Source of the DNA: Octopus bimaculoides | Lineage: Eukaryota | Assembly: GCF_001194135.2 (NCBI RefSeq) | Contig: NC_068993.1 | Span: 6,447,831 to 6,501,247 of the forward strand | Length of the DNA stretch: 53,417 bases | Reading direction: 5' to 3' | In this document: positions 1-12,150 of the stretch, piece by piece | How positions within the stretch are numbered: position 1 is the stretch's first letter | Layout: each line of letters starts with the position of its first letter | Position numbers and translations under genes: made by a program | Notes under the pieces: generated by a model | What the model was told of the DNA's origin: nothing | What the model saw: only the letters and a program-made list of their open reading frames with translations | Databases searched by the model: none

Positions 1-46
<46 letters not shown>

Positions 47-299
47 CTACTTAGCCATCTGGAATTCTGTTTCTCCTGTTTCTATTTAAACTTGACCTCT
101 CTCATACATATATAAGAGATTAAACGAAAGCACTCACACACTGGAAAAAAAACTTTTTCTCAAAAATGGTTAATAACATCCTTGTAATAGATTTCATAAC
201 ATTTTATTTTTAAATAACTGTACACATCAAAAACTGTATTAAGTAATTCTCATAGACTTTCAAAAACACACACACACAGTTTGTGACAGACCATGCCTT

Positions 300-640
300 T
301 CTTTTGATGGGTTCAAATTTCATTTGTGAATTTATGGAAAATGAACCTCCACCAACTATTCTGCCTATAAGTCTGTGCACACCTTTCGATGCAATATATG
401 CCAGAAGGTTTGCAAATTTAACAGAGGCCTCAAAAGACATTTTAAGATCGACAAAGAGCAGAACTTAACTGCAGCTCTTGGTGGTCCAAATCGGATATGC
501 AATATATGTGGGTGTCTTTTCAGAACATTGTCTGGTTTAAAAAATCACATCAGATGCCATGATAGTTCTAAGGTGTAGGTAGAGGAGGTGGTCAGACTCT
601 GCTTAAGGAGTAGACAACCACCATGTATATAATTTTGTCA
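300..640 (+). mobile_element. Decayed LINE (RTE-like) ORF2 3' end with two C2H2 zinc-finger motifs
   Basis: CNICQKVCKFNRGLKRHFKID (second His lost) and CNICGCLFRTLSGLKNHIRCH; in-frame stops immediately upstream; no splice acceptor. Confidence 0.5.
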
Positions 641-1570
641 TTACTTGAGCTGATGAATGAAACATAAATTACCCTTATGAAGAAGATGTGGTCATGATTT
701 ACCCTTATTAAAATCAATCTGCCTAAAACTGTCGCTGGTTCTGAGATACAAAGATAAAATCTTCCTGTTTTAAATTGATCTGTATAAATAAAAACCTTCC
801 ATCAAAATTTCATGTTACTGTATTTTAACATGAATAAGGAAACCTTCTTTTGTCAAAAATTAGGTTAAAAAAATATGGGAGTTACTTATACATGGATAGT
901 ATTATAATCCCTTACAAAACCTTTTTTCCAAATTTTAAGCACAAAAAATTAGGGGGTTCCTTCCTTATACACATTAAAATACGGTAATTAGTGAACCAAA
1001 CATGAGCTTAATTAATGAAAAATGTTATTTTGCTGAATTCTTCACTATTTTCAAAATTAATGGAAATAAAGGCAATGTAATTCAACAGAAATATGGTAAC
1101 AAAAGGGTTAAAGTGATCTAAATTAAAATCTTCCATCAAAATTTTATGTTAATTAATGTTCCAATCATCATCTTAATTGATGTCAAAGTTATATTACTGT
1201 ATTTGTCATTATTCTCAAAATTAATTGAAACCAAAGACAATTGTATTTTAACAAATATTGTAACAAAAAGGTTAAACATCTTTGATCGTATTCTTGTTTC
1301 ACCAAAGAGGACATGAGGCCAAACAACATACATATACACCCATTCACAAAAATCAAAATGTTTAAATGAATGGACTTGATCGAAGGTCATCCAATCAAAT
1401 CCACTGCAGGTGTTCCATTGTATATTTAGGGTAATAGACATTGGTGTGGTATGTGATCTACATACATGTTTCTGGTATAGCTTGTGATCTACATTAGTTC
1501 AAATGGTATTATAGTCTGTGATCTACACAGACTTTTAAACCTACATTTAAGATTCGTCTCTATTTACTCG

Positions 1571-1579
1571 ACTTCCGGT
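1571..1579. promoter_or_regulatory. ETS/GABP-type motif ACTTCCGGT in a possible promoter
   Basis: Consensus match in locally CpG-containing unique sequence upstream of the putative plus-strand exons; motif match only. Confidence 0.3.
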
Positions 1580-1975
1580 TGGTTTGGTAAATAAACCAAA
1601 AAAAAAAAAACTTTTATGATTTAAACACTTTTAGTTCTGATCCCATTGAAAGAAGTTGTGATGAGAGCAAAAGAATTTTACACACAGGTTATTCGAGAGG
1701 AAGAAGCTTTCAAAAAGATAGGAAAACTTCATAAGAGAGCAGCATCCAGAAATTTTTAGGGCTTCGAATGAACAAACAATAACAGAGTGGACGTGCAGAG
1801 GAAACAATCGACAAAGACAAACATTAAGGGCCGTTAGGACAAGACGTGTTGCAATGGGTGATGCCTGAGAGAAAATTTGGAAGAATACAAAATAAATAGA
1901 AGAGAAGAAAATAGTTACAATGAATATGGAGATTTAGTAAATCTGCATTTTTTTTTTTTTTTATTATTTCCACAG

Positions 1976-4534
1976 TCAATTATATAGGATATTGGTTCAA
2001 ATTTGTCCAACGTACGTTTCTGCTGCATAGAAAACTTTGCATCTGCATCCAGCTATTTTTGACTGGTTGACAGTCTATGAGACTTTATTCAAGGTCTGCA
2101 TGGCTACGTGGTGATAAGTTTACTTCCCAACCACATGATTCCAGGTTCAGTCCCACTATGTGACACCATGGGCGAGCAGGGGAGGAGGAAGAAAAGTATG
2201 AGGAAGAGAAGGAGGAAGAAGTGAAGGAAAAGAGAAGAGGGAAGGAGGGGAGAAAGCAAGACAAGAGGAGGAGGAGGACGACAAAAACGAGGAGGAAGAG
2301 GAGGATGAAGTAGCTGAAAAGAGGAGGGAGAAGAGGAGTAGGAAGAAGTGAAGGAAAAAGAGGAAGGTGAGGAGGTGGAGGTGGAGGAGAAAGAGAAGGA
2401 AGAGTTTATATTTATTGCACTAGAATACTGCTAACTCATTCCAGACAATCTACTCGTGCCCCACCAGATGCACACAAATCTATGCATTACACACATATAT
2501 ACAAACATACATTCATTGTAGACTGAAAGAGTCATTGTGGGAGTCTCAACACAGGTCTTTCAACTTTACTAGAAATAACAGCCAAACTTTCCTCAGGCTT
2601 CACAAACTCCATGTAAAATACGGAAGGACGATAGATGAAATAATGTAGTACCAGACATACGATGTCTAAATGTAAGACATGTTGATGGTCATGGTCGGAA
2701 TACTCCCGATCATAGGTCTGTTCCATCTAGTTTGACCTGGGGTTAAACAACAACAACAATGCTAGATTGAAAGGCAAGCCTATAACCACCAACAACAACA
2801 ACACACTGCTACAGTAATCAAAATAACTCCCTCCCTTCCTCTCTCTCTCTCTCTCTCTCTCCATCTCTCTTGCTACTTCTCTACAGAGATTGTGACAACT
2901 CCTTTGAAACTACTACCATCTTAACCTATGGCCCCCACACACCCGCCATCTAACCCTGTTGCATAACCCATCTAGGGATAGTATGCCACACACTCCCATC
3001 TCNNNNNNNNNNNNNNNNNNNNNNNNNNNNNNNNNNNNNNNNNNNNNNNNNNNNNNNNNNNNNNNNNNNNNNNNNNNNNNNNNNNNNNNNNNNNNNNNNN
3101 NNNNNNNNNNNNNNNNNNNNNNNNNNNNNNNNNNNNNNNNNNNNNNNNNNNNNNNNNNNNNNNNNNNNNNNNNNNNNNNNNNNNNNNNNNNNNNNNNNNN
3201 NNNNNNNNNNNNNNNNNNNNNNNNNNNNNNNNNNNNNNNNNNNNNNNNNNNNNNNNNNNNNNNNNNNNNNNNNNNNNNNNNNNNNNNNNNNNNNNNNNNN
3301 NNNNNNNNNNNNNNNNNNNNNNNNNNNNNNNNNNNNNNNNNNNNNNNNNNNNNNNNNNNNNNNNNNNNNNNNNNNNNNNNNNNNNNNNNNNNNNNNNNNN
3401 NNNNNNNNNNNNNNNNNNNNNNNNNNNNNNNNNNNNNNNNNNNNNNNNNNNNNNNNNNNNNNNNNNNNNNNNNNNNNNNNNNNNNNNNNNNNNNNNNNNN
3501 NNNNNNNNNNNNNNNNNNNNNNNNNNNNNNNNNNNNNNNNNNNNNNNNNNNNNNNNNNNNNNNNNNNNNNNNNNNNNNNNNNNNNNNNNNNNNNNNNNNN
3601 NNNNNNNNNNNNNNNNNNNNTATATATGTACAGAGTTGCCCAAAAGTAGGTTTACAGTTATTCAACTATTGCCTTCGCATTTGTATATTAACAGTTTAGA
3701 TCTTATCATCATCATCATCATCATCATCGTTTAACATCCGTTTTCCATGCTGGCAAGGGTTGGATGGTTTGACTGAGAGGACTGGCAAGGTAGAAGGCTG
3801 CACCAGGTTCCACTCTGACCTGGCAAAGTTTCTACAGCTGGATGCCCTTCCTAACACCAACCACACCAAGAATGCAGCAGGTGCTTTTTACGTGCCACCA
3901 GCACAAGGGCCAGTCAGTCAGTACTGCATGCTCAACAGGCTTCCACACAGTTTCCATGTACCAAATTCACTCACAAGGCACTGGTCAGCCCATGGACACA
4001 GTAGAAAACAATCACCCAAGGTGCTACACAATGAGATTGAACCCAAAGCCGCATAGTTGCAAAGCAAGCTACTTAAACACATACCCATCTACCCATGCCT
4101 GCAACCGTATAAAATTGTTTTGTTCTGGTTTTTTGGGGGGGGGGTTTTAATAATTCTATAATTTTCATCAAACATTTGATGATTTGCAAGAAAACTTTTT
4201 TCAAAAATAAAATAAAATAAAATAAAATGAAATAATTAAACAAACTACAAAATATTTAGATCTGACAGAGAATGAAATTCACTTCAATTATTCAAAANNN
4301 NNNNNNNATATAGACACATACAGACAGAGATAGACACATACATATATATACATCCACACACACATACATATCATCATTTAACGCCCGCTTTCCATATCCA
4401 GACAGACACACACACATGTATATCAAACACTCACATACATACATACAAAGACATATCAACACATACACTCACATGCATATCTGGATGTATGAATTTATGT
4501 GTACGTGTGTGCATGTGTCTGTGCGTTTGTACAC

Positions 4535-4584
<50 letters not shown>

Positions 4585-7500
4585 TAAGTTTGATTCTGTG
4601 TCAGTTTTCAACTTTGCCGCTATTCATTATCATTTCTATGTAATCTATTCAGGATTTGTTGCTTGCTTTTTATCTGAAATTGATCTGACCTTGTTCAATA
4701 TAACAGTTCTTTAAACAACCAACTCTTTCAGTTGTTAATATTTAAATACATTTGAGTGTCTCTTTTCAGACCAATCACAAGTAAAAGAAATATCTGCAGA
4801 CAACAATCAACCAATCGACAGCAAGGTTGGTAAGATCAATATAGAGTCCAGATTACTAGTATATTACTGGTATGTATTTGAGAGGATTTTTCATATTCAA
4901 AACCTTAACATTCAGATTACTCTGTCAAATGTAATGCTTATCTATTCACATTGTTTTGAATTAAATCATGCATTATCTCATAACCTTAAATTTTGATGAT
5001 GTGACTGTTTATACTTAGAATGACATTGTAGGGTAGGTGTGAAAGGTCAGATCTACCCAGTTTGAACATAAAACAGGTAGGATATTTGGGCTAGATATGG
5101 CCAGTTTCAATTCTTTAGGGCTAGAGAATGGTAAATCTGCTGTCAGCGCTATTACTGTTGTAACACTCATAAAAGTCTAACACACTCACTGTTACATATA
5201 TAAATCATACATAAACTCACAGAGTCAATGAGAAATGAGCGAGACCTGACCTTTGGCAATACGCTGTGCTTGAGAAGAAGACCCATGAAGCCAAGTGAAA
5301 TTGTAGTCGTGGCAGATACTGGAACCTGTGCCAAAGGCATGTAAAAACACCTACTACACTCTCAGATTGGTTGGTGTTAGGAAGGGCATCCAGCTGTAGA
5401 AACCATGCCACAACAGACTGGAGTCTGGTGCAGCCCCTCAGTTTACCAGCTCTGGTCAAACTGTCCAACCCATGGACAATGGACATTAAATGATGATGAT
5501 AACATGTACACAAGCATACATAAATAAATAAATATACATACACATACACACAAGTATGCACACATTAATATGCATATAAACTGGTGGAGGGCCAGCTCTG
5601 GCAAAGTGGAGAGAAAATGGGTTGTTTCAAGGATACACTCAAAGCTTCACTGAAGAGTTTTGAGATCAAATGTCACAGTTGGGAAATGCAAGAGCAAGAT
5701 TGCCCTGCCTGGGGCAAATCTGCACCAATGGAGGTGCCACCTCCTACGAACAGAACAGCATTGCAGGTGCACAAAGAAAGCATGAATTGCACAAGACCAG
5801 AGCTAACTCCTCGCCTTCATTCCCAGTAAAGAACACCTTGTGACAGAACCTTATAAGCATGCATCGGACTGAGCAACCACAGCCAGACACATCATGCCTG
5901 GGTCTTCTTCTCTCATGCAATGTCCTTGATCATCATTGACAACAACAGATGAACTAACAATAATACTAATGTGTGTATGTAAAATATGTGTGTGGATGCG
6001 TATGTGTGCCTGTCTGTAGCCTTGTCTAGACATCACATGATGGTTATAAAAGAGCATCATTTTCATACAAGTGATGTTATCAATTGCCAGCCTTCCATGA
6101 AGAACAAGTTTAGCCATGTGGAGATATTATCCTGCTTGGAAACAGGTGAGGGCAAACGATGGGAAAGCCATCCAGCTGTAGAAAATTTGCCTCAGCAAAT
6201 TCCGTCTGACCCATGCAAGCATGGAAAAGTGGACATTAAATTTTGATGATTAAGATTTTCCATGTGAGCATGGATTGAAAAGGGACTATGAGGCATTATT
6301 TTACTGCACAATACCTTTCTTCTGATCAACTCTTGCCTGGTTTTTTGGGGTTTTTTTTTAACCATTTAGCATTTAAACTAGTTGTATCAGGCACCAACAT
6401 TTCTATAGGTTGTATGTTCAAATCAGCCAGATCTGGCCTCTCACAGCTACCTACAATGTCATTCTAAAACAAACAATCACATCAGGGAAATCTTTAAGCT
6501 ATGAGATAATGCATGATTAATTCAAAATTATGGAAATAAACAAACATGACATTTAAGAGACTAATCTGAAAGCTAAGGGGTTAAATAAAGGGTTGTTTTT
6601 CTTTATTCTGCCGGTCATCTAAAGTGTAGAGTGACCACTGGTTATAAGGTCAATTAGGAATGTAAATGTCATAACATTTTTCAACTCTGAAAATGACAAG
6701 TGTAGTTTCAGTATGTCAACACACACACACACACACATCATATATATACACATGGCTGTGTGGTTAACAAGTTTATTTTCCAACCCCATAGTTTCAGGTT
6801 CAATCTAAAAGCACAGTACCTTAAGCAAATATCTTCTGCTGTAGTGGAAGGTCGGACAAAGTCATGTGGGTCGGGGTTTGGTACACAGCAACTGAAAGAA
6901 GCCAATTGAGGGGGTTTTATCTTGCAAAGGTGTTTGGCGACCCTCTTGGTGCTGGTGCCATATAAAAAGCACCCCGAGCACTCTGTAAAGTGGTTGGTGT
7001 TAGGAAGGGCATCCAGGTGTAGAAACCATGCCAGAAGAGACAAAGGAACTTGGTGTGGCTTCCAGACTTAGCAACTCTTGTGAAACTGTCCAAATAAAGT
7101 CAGCATGGAAAGCGAACATTACATGCTGCTAACAATGAGAGAGAGAGAGAGGGAGAGATCTGCACCCGCGGTCGGCTTCATCCGGGCTCTGTCGACCTAA
7201 TCTACTCACAATGCTTTGGTCTGCCCAAGGCTATAGAAGAAGACACTTGCCCAAGGTGCCATGCAGTGGGACTGAACCCAGAACCATGTGGTTGGGAAGC
7301 AAGCTTCTTACTATACAGCAACTAACATAAAAAAAAATGTAAACAACAATACAAAGCAAATACGACACCAACACACTTCAAACAAAACCTGTTGTGTTAC
7401 AGATTTTTCCTTATCACTGGCGGCGTCCAGAAATATAATGACATTAAAGTTCACAAACAGTGATTATGAAATAAAAATAAAATAAAAATTAGGTTAGACA

Positions 7501-7691
7501 GAAACTCAAAGACAAACCTTATTGTTTTTTGTTGATGTTGTTGTATTCTGATTGACTAGACAAAACAAAATGTCATCCAAACATTGATCGTTGTGCAGTG
7601 TCAGCCCAAGGTCAAATGTAATTGAGCAGAGCTGTGCTACATTCAGAGGTGTTTCAACACACATATATGTATCATGATGATGATGATGATG

Positions 7692-7726
<35 letters not shown>

Positions 7727-7777
7727 TACTTGATAAATTCTTGTAAAAGAATTTGTCCTATTATTGAAATTTAAATA

Positions 7778-7811
<34 letters not shown>

Positions 7812-10800
7812 NNNNNNNNNNNNNNNNNNNNNNNNNNNNNNNNNNNNNNNNNNNNNNNNNNNNNNNNNNNNNNNNNNNNNNNNNNNNNNNNNNNNNNNNN
7901 NNNNNNNNNNNNNNNNNNNNNNNNNNNNNNNNNNNNNNNNNNNNNNNNNNNNNNNNNNNNNNNNNNNNNNNNNNNNNNNNNNNNNNNNNNNNNNNNNNNN
8001 NNNNNNNNNNNNNNNNNNNNNNNNNNNNNNNNNNNNNNNNNNNNNNNNNNNNNNNNNNNNNNNNNNNNNNNNNNNNNNNNNNNNNNNNNNNNNNNNNNNN
8101 NNNNNNNNNNNNNNNNNNNNNNNNNNNNNNNNNNNNNNNNNNNNNNNNNNNNNNNNNNNNNNNNNNNNNNNNNNNNNNNNNNNNNNNNNNNNNNNNNNNN
8201 NNNNNNNNNNNNNNNNNNNNNNNNNNNNNNNNNNNNNNNNNNNNNNNNNNNNNNNNNNNNNNNNNNNNNNNNNNNNNNNNNNNNNNNNNNNNNNNNNNNN
8301 NNNNNNNNNNNNNNNNNNNNNNNNNNNNNNNNNNNNNNNNNNNNNNNNNNNNNNNNNNNNNNNNNNNNNNNNNNNNNNNNNNNNNNNNNNNNNNNNNNNN
8401 NNNNNNNNNNNNNNNNNNNNNNNNNNNNNNNNNNNNNNNNNNNNNNNNNNNNNNNNNNNNNNNNNNNNNNNNNNNNNNNNNNNNNNNNNNNNNNNNNNNN
8501 NNNNNNNNNNNNNNNNNNNNNNNNNNNNNTATAAATACAAGTATTCGTTTGTGACATAATTAATACCTAAGATGAAATAGAGAAAAAAAACATCTATTTG
8601 TCTAATACAGGTAAGTAAACAGAAGATAATGAATTATACATTCATATAATAGTGCTGAAAAATACCCCCCCACACACACACACATATATACACGTATTTA
8701 AAATAAAGGTGAGTGCACGAGTGTATAAATATATGTATATATGATTGACCTAAAAATTGATCTTGATAACAGTATAATGAATATAAACATAAACAATAAT
8801 TATTTACCACACACACACACACATATGTATATATGAGTGACATCAGTGACAGGTAATAAATGTGTGTGTGCGTGTGTGCATATCTCTTGCAAGCTGGAGC
8901 CTTACTTTATCACTGGTTATCTACTTCCTGAGTGAAAGCAATACACAATAATCCCTCACCATATCGCAGTTCACCTGTTGTGCACTCAGTACATCGCGGT
9001 TCATCTATCACACACTCAGTACATCACGGGTTTTTTTCCTGGCTAATATATGTAAATTTATATCGCGGACTCCTCAGTATATCCGACCAAGCCTTGTGCA
9101 GGGTTTCTGCAGCCGATCATCATCATCGTCGTTTAACGTCCACTTTCCATGCTAGCATGGGTTGGACGATTTGACTGAGGACTGGTGAAACCAGATGGCT
9201 ACACCAGGCTCCAATCTGATTTGGCAGAGTTTCTACAGCTGGATGCCCTTCCTAACGCCAACCACTCCGAGAGTGTAGTGAGTGCTTTTACGTGCCACCG
9301 GCACGAANNNNNNNNNNNNNNNNNNNNNNNNNNNNNNNNNNNNNNNNNNNNNNNNNNNNNNNNNNNNNNNNNNNNNNNNNNNNNNNNNNNNNNNNNNNNN
9401 NNNNNNNNNNNNNNNNNNNNNNNNNNNNNNNNNNNNNNNNNNNNNNNNNNNNNNNNNNNNNNNNNNNNNNNNNNNNNNNNNNNNNNNNNNNNNNNNNNNN
9501 NNNNNNNNNNNNNNNNNNNNNNNNNNNNNNNNNNNNNNNNNNNNNNNNNNNNNNNNNNNNNNNNNNNNNNNNNNNNNNNNNNNNNNNNNNNNNNNNNNNN
9601 NNNNNNNNNNNNNNNNNNNNNNNNNNNNNNNNNNNNNNNNNNNNNNNNNNNNNNNNNNNNNNNNNNNNNNNNNNNNNNNNNNNNNNNNNNNNNNNNNNNN
9701 NNNNNNNNNNNNNNNNNGTATGGTATTTTACTGTTTACAAAATTCATTCTAAACCGGTGGTAGTTAACTCAGTTTAATTAGTCGACGGAGATCGCCAATT
9801 AGTTTTGGAAATCATAGGTATTGTCATTGGTTCATAAAATATTTACCCTACACATGTAGGATCTTTACAAAAATATTAAGGTGTGCCGTTTTCATGCCTA
9901 TAAAATAAACCATAAAACGATAATTAATCTTTGTAGCAAAATAGTTATTAATTTGCATAGTGGATGGAAAATTTAGCATGTCGTCTCTCCGTCCCGTTTT
10001 GTACCAGAGATCAGTGTTTACGAACAGATTCGGAAACCAGAAAATCATATCAGCTTCTCTTTTCGTTACAAGAGTAATTTTAACTGATTACAAAACAAAA
10101 ATGTTGGGTAGAATTACAATAAAATATATCAGTTTCTCTAACTTAATAAATATTTCAACTTAGGAATGAAGTAGCCGTACACCCAAGAAGGACATTTGAA
10201 AGCAAGCTAGCTGAGGTCACCCACCACCAGGATAGTTCACAAACAACACGGTAATAAAAACAGTGACTTGCAATCTACCGACCTAAAAAGAAAAAAAAAA
10301 TCACTTTGGATAATGTAATCCATGAAACACTGTTCTTGAACCGGTTAACTATTAATATTCTGCAGCCAGATTATATTTACCCAAAAAGAGACACCATGCT
10401 CGTGTTAAATGAAGAGCTAGTTTATGTGTGTGTGTCCCATATTAAGGACCGTCGAAACAGCATTAAGTCTCCCAGGCAAATAAATACAGTGGACCCAATC
10501 GTATATATTTATTGACAGCAGGACACGGTATACAAAGATCAGAAATAGCAACCCACACACACACACACCCATAAGGCCCAGTCTGCCCACGTCTTACGAC
10601 AGCATTACCCCTACCGTTTGGGAACAGGTGCTTGTTTGTTTACGTCCCCGTAAAGTAGAGGTTCGGCTAAAGTATTCGATATAGAATAAGTAACAGGTTT
10701 GATACAGCAGTTGATTTATTCGACTAAACACAGTCAGGAGATGCTCTAGCATTGCCGCAGTCCCATAACTGAACGCAGTAAATGATAAAAGGGTATTTAA

Positions 10801-12118
10801 AAAACTGTCAGATGTTTTGGTCGAAATACATTAAGCTCTCGATATATTTATTCTACATTGTTATATATTTAGAATAAACAACACGATTTACAATGGTTAA
10901 ACATGCGTGACTGTGTGGTAAGAAACTTGCTTCCTAACCACATGGTTCCCCACTGCGTGGCACCTTCGGATCGTCTCAAAGCTTCGGCCGATATATATAT
11001 ATTGTGTGTGTGTTTACTCTCTCTCAACCTAGCTGTTTGGCAAAAGAAGTAGATAGACTAAAGATTTTTCAAGGTGGTGTCCGAGCATAGCTGCAGTTTG
11101 AAACATGACTGAAACAAGTAAAAGATAAAATAAATAGAGGCATACATGTCACACGGATCACAGCAGGGAACACAGTTGTTGCCCGTCTAAAAGGCTTTTG
11201 TGAGGAAGTAGCGAGGCTGAGGTGACTGGTTAGAATAGCTAAGCATTTTGTCAATGAACCAACTCGCTTTTGTGCAGGTCAATGGTGAGCTGGCCAAAGA
11301 CCACATTCTATTCGCACGGAGTATGCTTTATAAGAATTATATTATCTTAAATTGAACCTAGAAGTACTTTACTGGTTACTTTATTCCATCGACCCCCCAC
11401 CCCACCCTGCGGAATAAGGACAATTAAAGTCGACTCCGCCTGGCGAGATACGAACTCAAAATGCAAAGGTCATTGGCTAAATACTGTCTGGGTTTTCTGT
11501 CTCACGATTTAAACAATCCACCCAATACAAGAATTATAATTAGTTAATCAAAGCTACAAAGAGGCAGACATGATTGTGATTGAAAGAGTTCGCTTCGCAG
11601 CGACATGGTTTCTGTTTAAGTCCCACGGCGTCCCACTTTGGGCAAATATCTTCAACTATAGCCCCGGGTCGACTAATACCCTGAGAGTTGCTGTGTGGTA
11701 AGTAGCTTGCTTACCAACCACATGGTTCTGGGTTCAGTCCCACTGCGTGGCACCTTGGGCAAGTGTCTTCTACTATAGCCTCGGGCCGACCAAAGCCTTG
11801 TGAGTGGATTTGGTAGACGGAAACTGAAAGAAGCCCGTCGTATATANNNNNNNNNNNNNNNNNNNNNNNNNNNNNNNNNNNNNNNNNNNNNNNNNNNNNN
11901 NNNNNNNNNNNNNNNNNNNNNNNNNNNNNNNNNNNNNNNNNNNNNNNNNNNNNNNNNNNNNNNNNNNNNNNNNNNNNNNNNNNNNNNNNNNNNNNNNNNN
12001 NNNNNNNNNNNNNNNNNNNNNNNNNNNNNNNNNNNNNNNAGTCCTGGGGTCGATTTGCTCGACAAAAACGCGGTGCTCCAGCATGGCCGCAGTCACATGA
12101 CTGAAACAAGTAAAAGAT

Positions 12119-12150
<32 letters not shown>

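Noticed and set aside
10160-10282. Minus-strand exon-like VGRLQVTVFITVLFVNYPGGG followed by TGA, considered as a possible selenocysteine
   Set aside because: No redox motif and no SECIS seen; GT donors lie before the TGA, and the exon itself is unconfirmed.
11690-11760. SINE heads as tRNA genes
   Set aside because: A and B boxes are present but there is no full cloverleaf, and the heads continue into SINE bodies.
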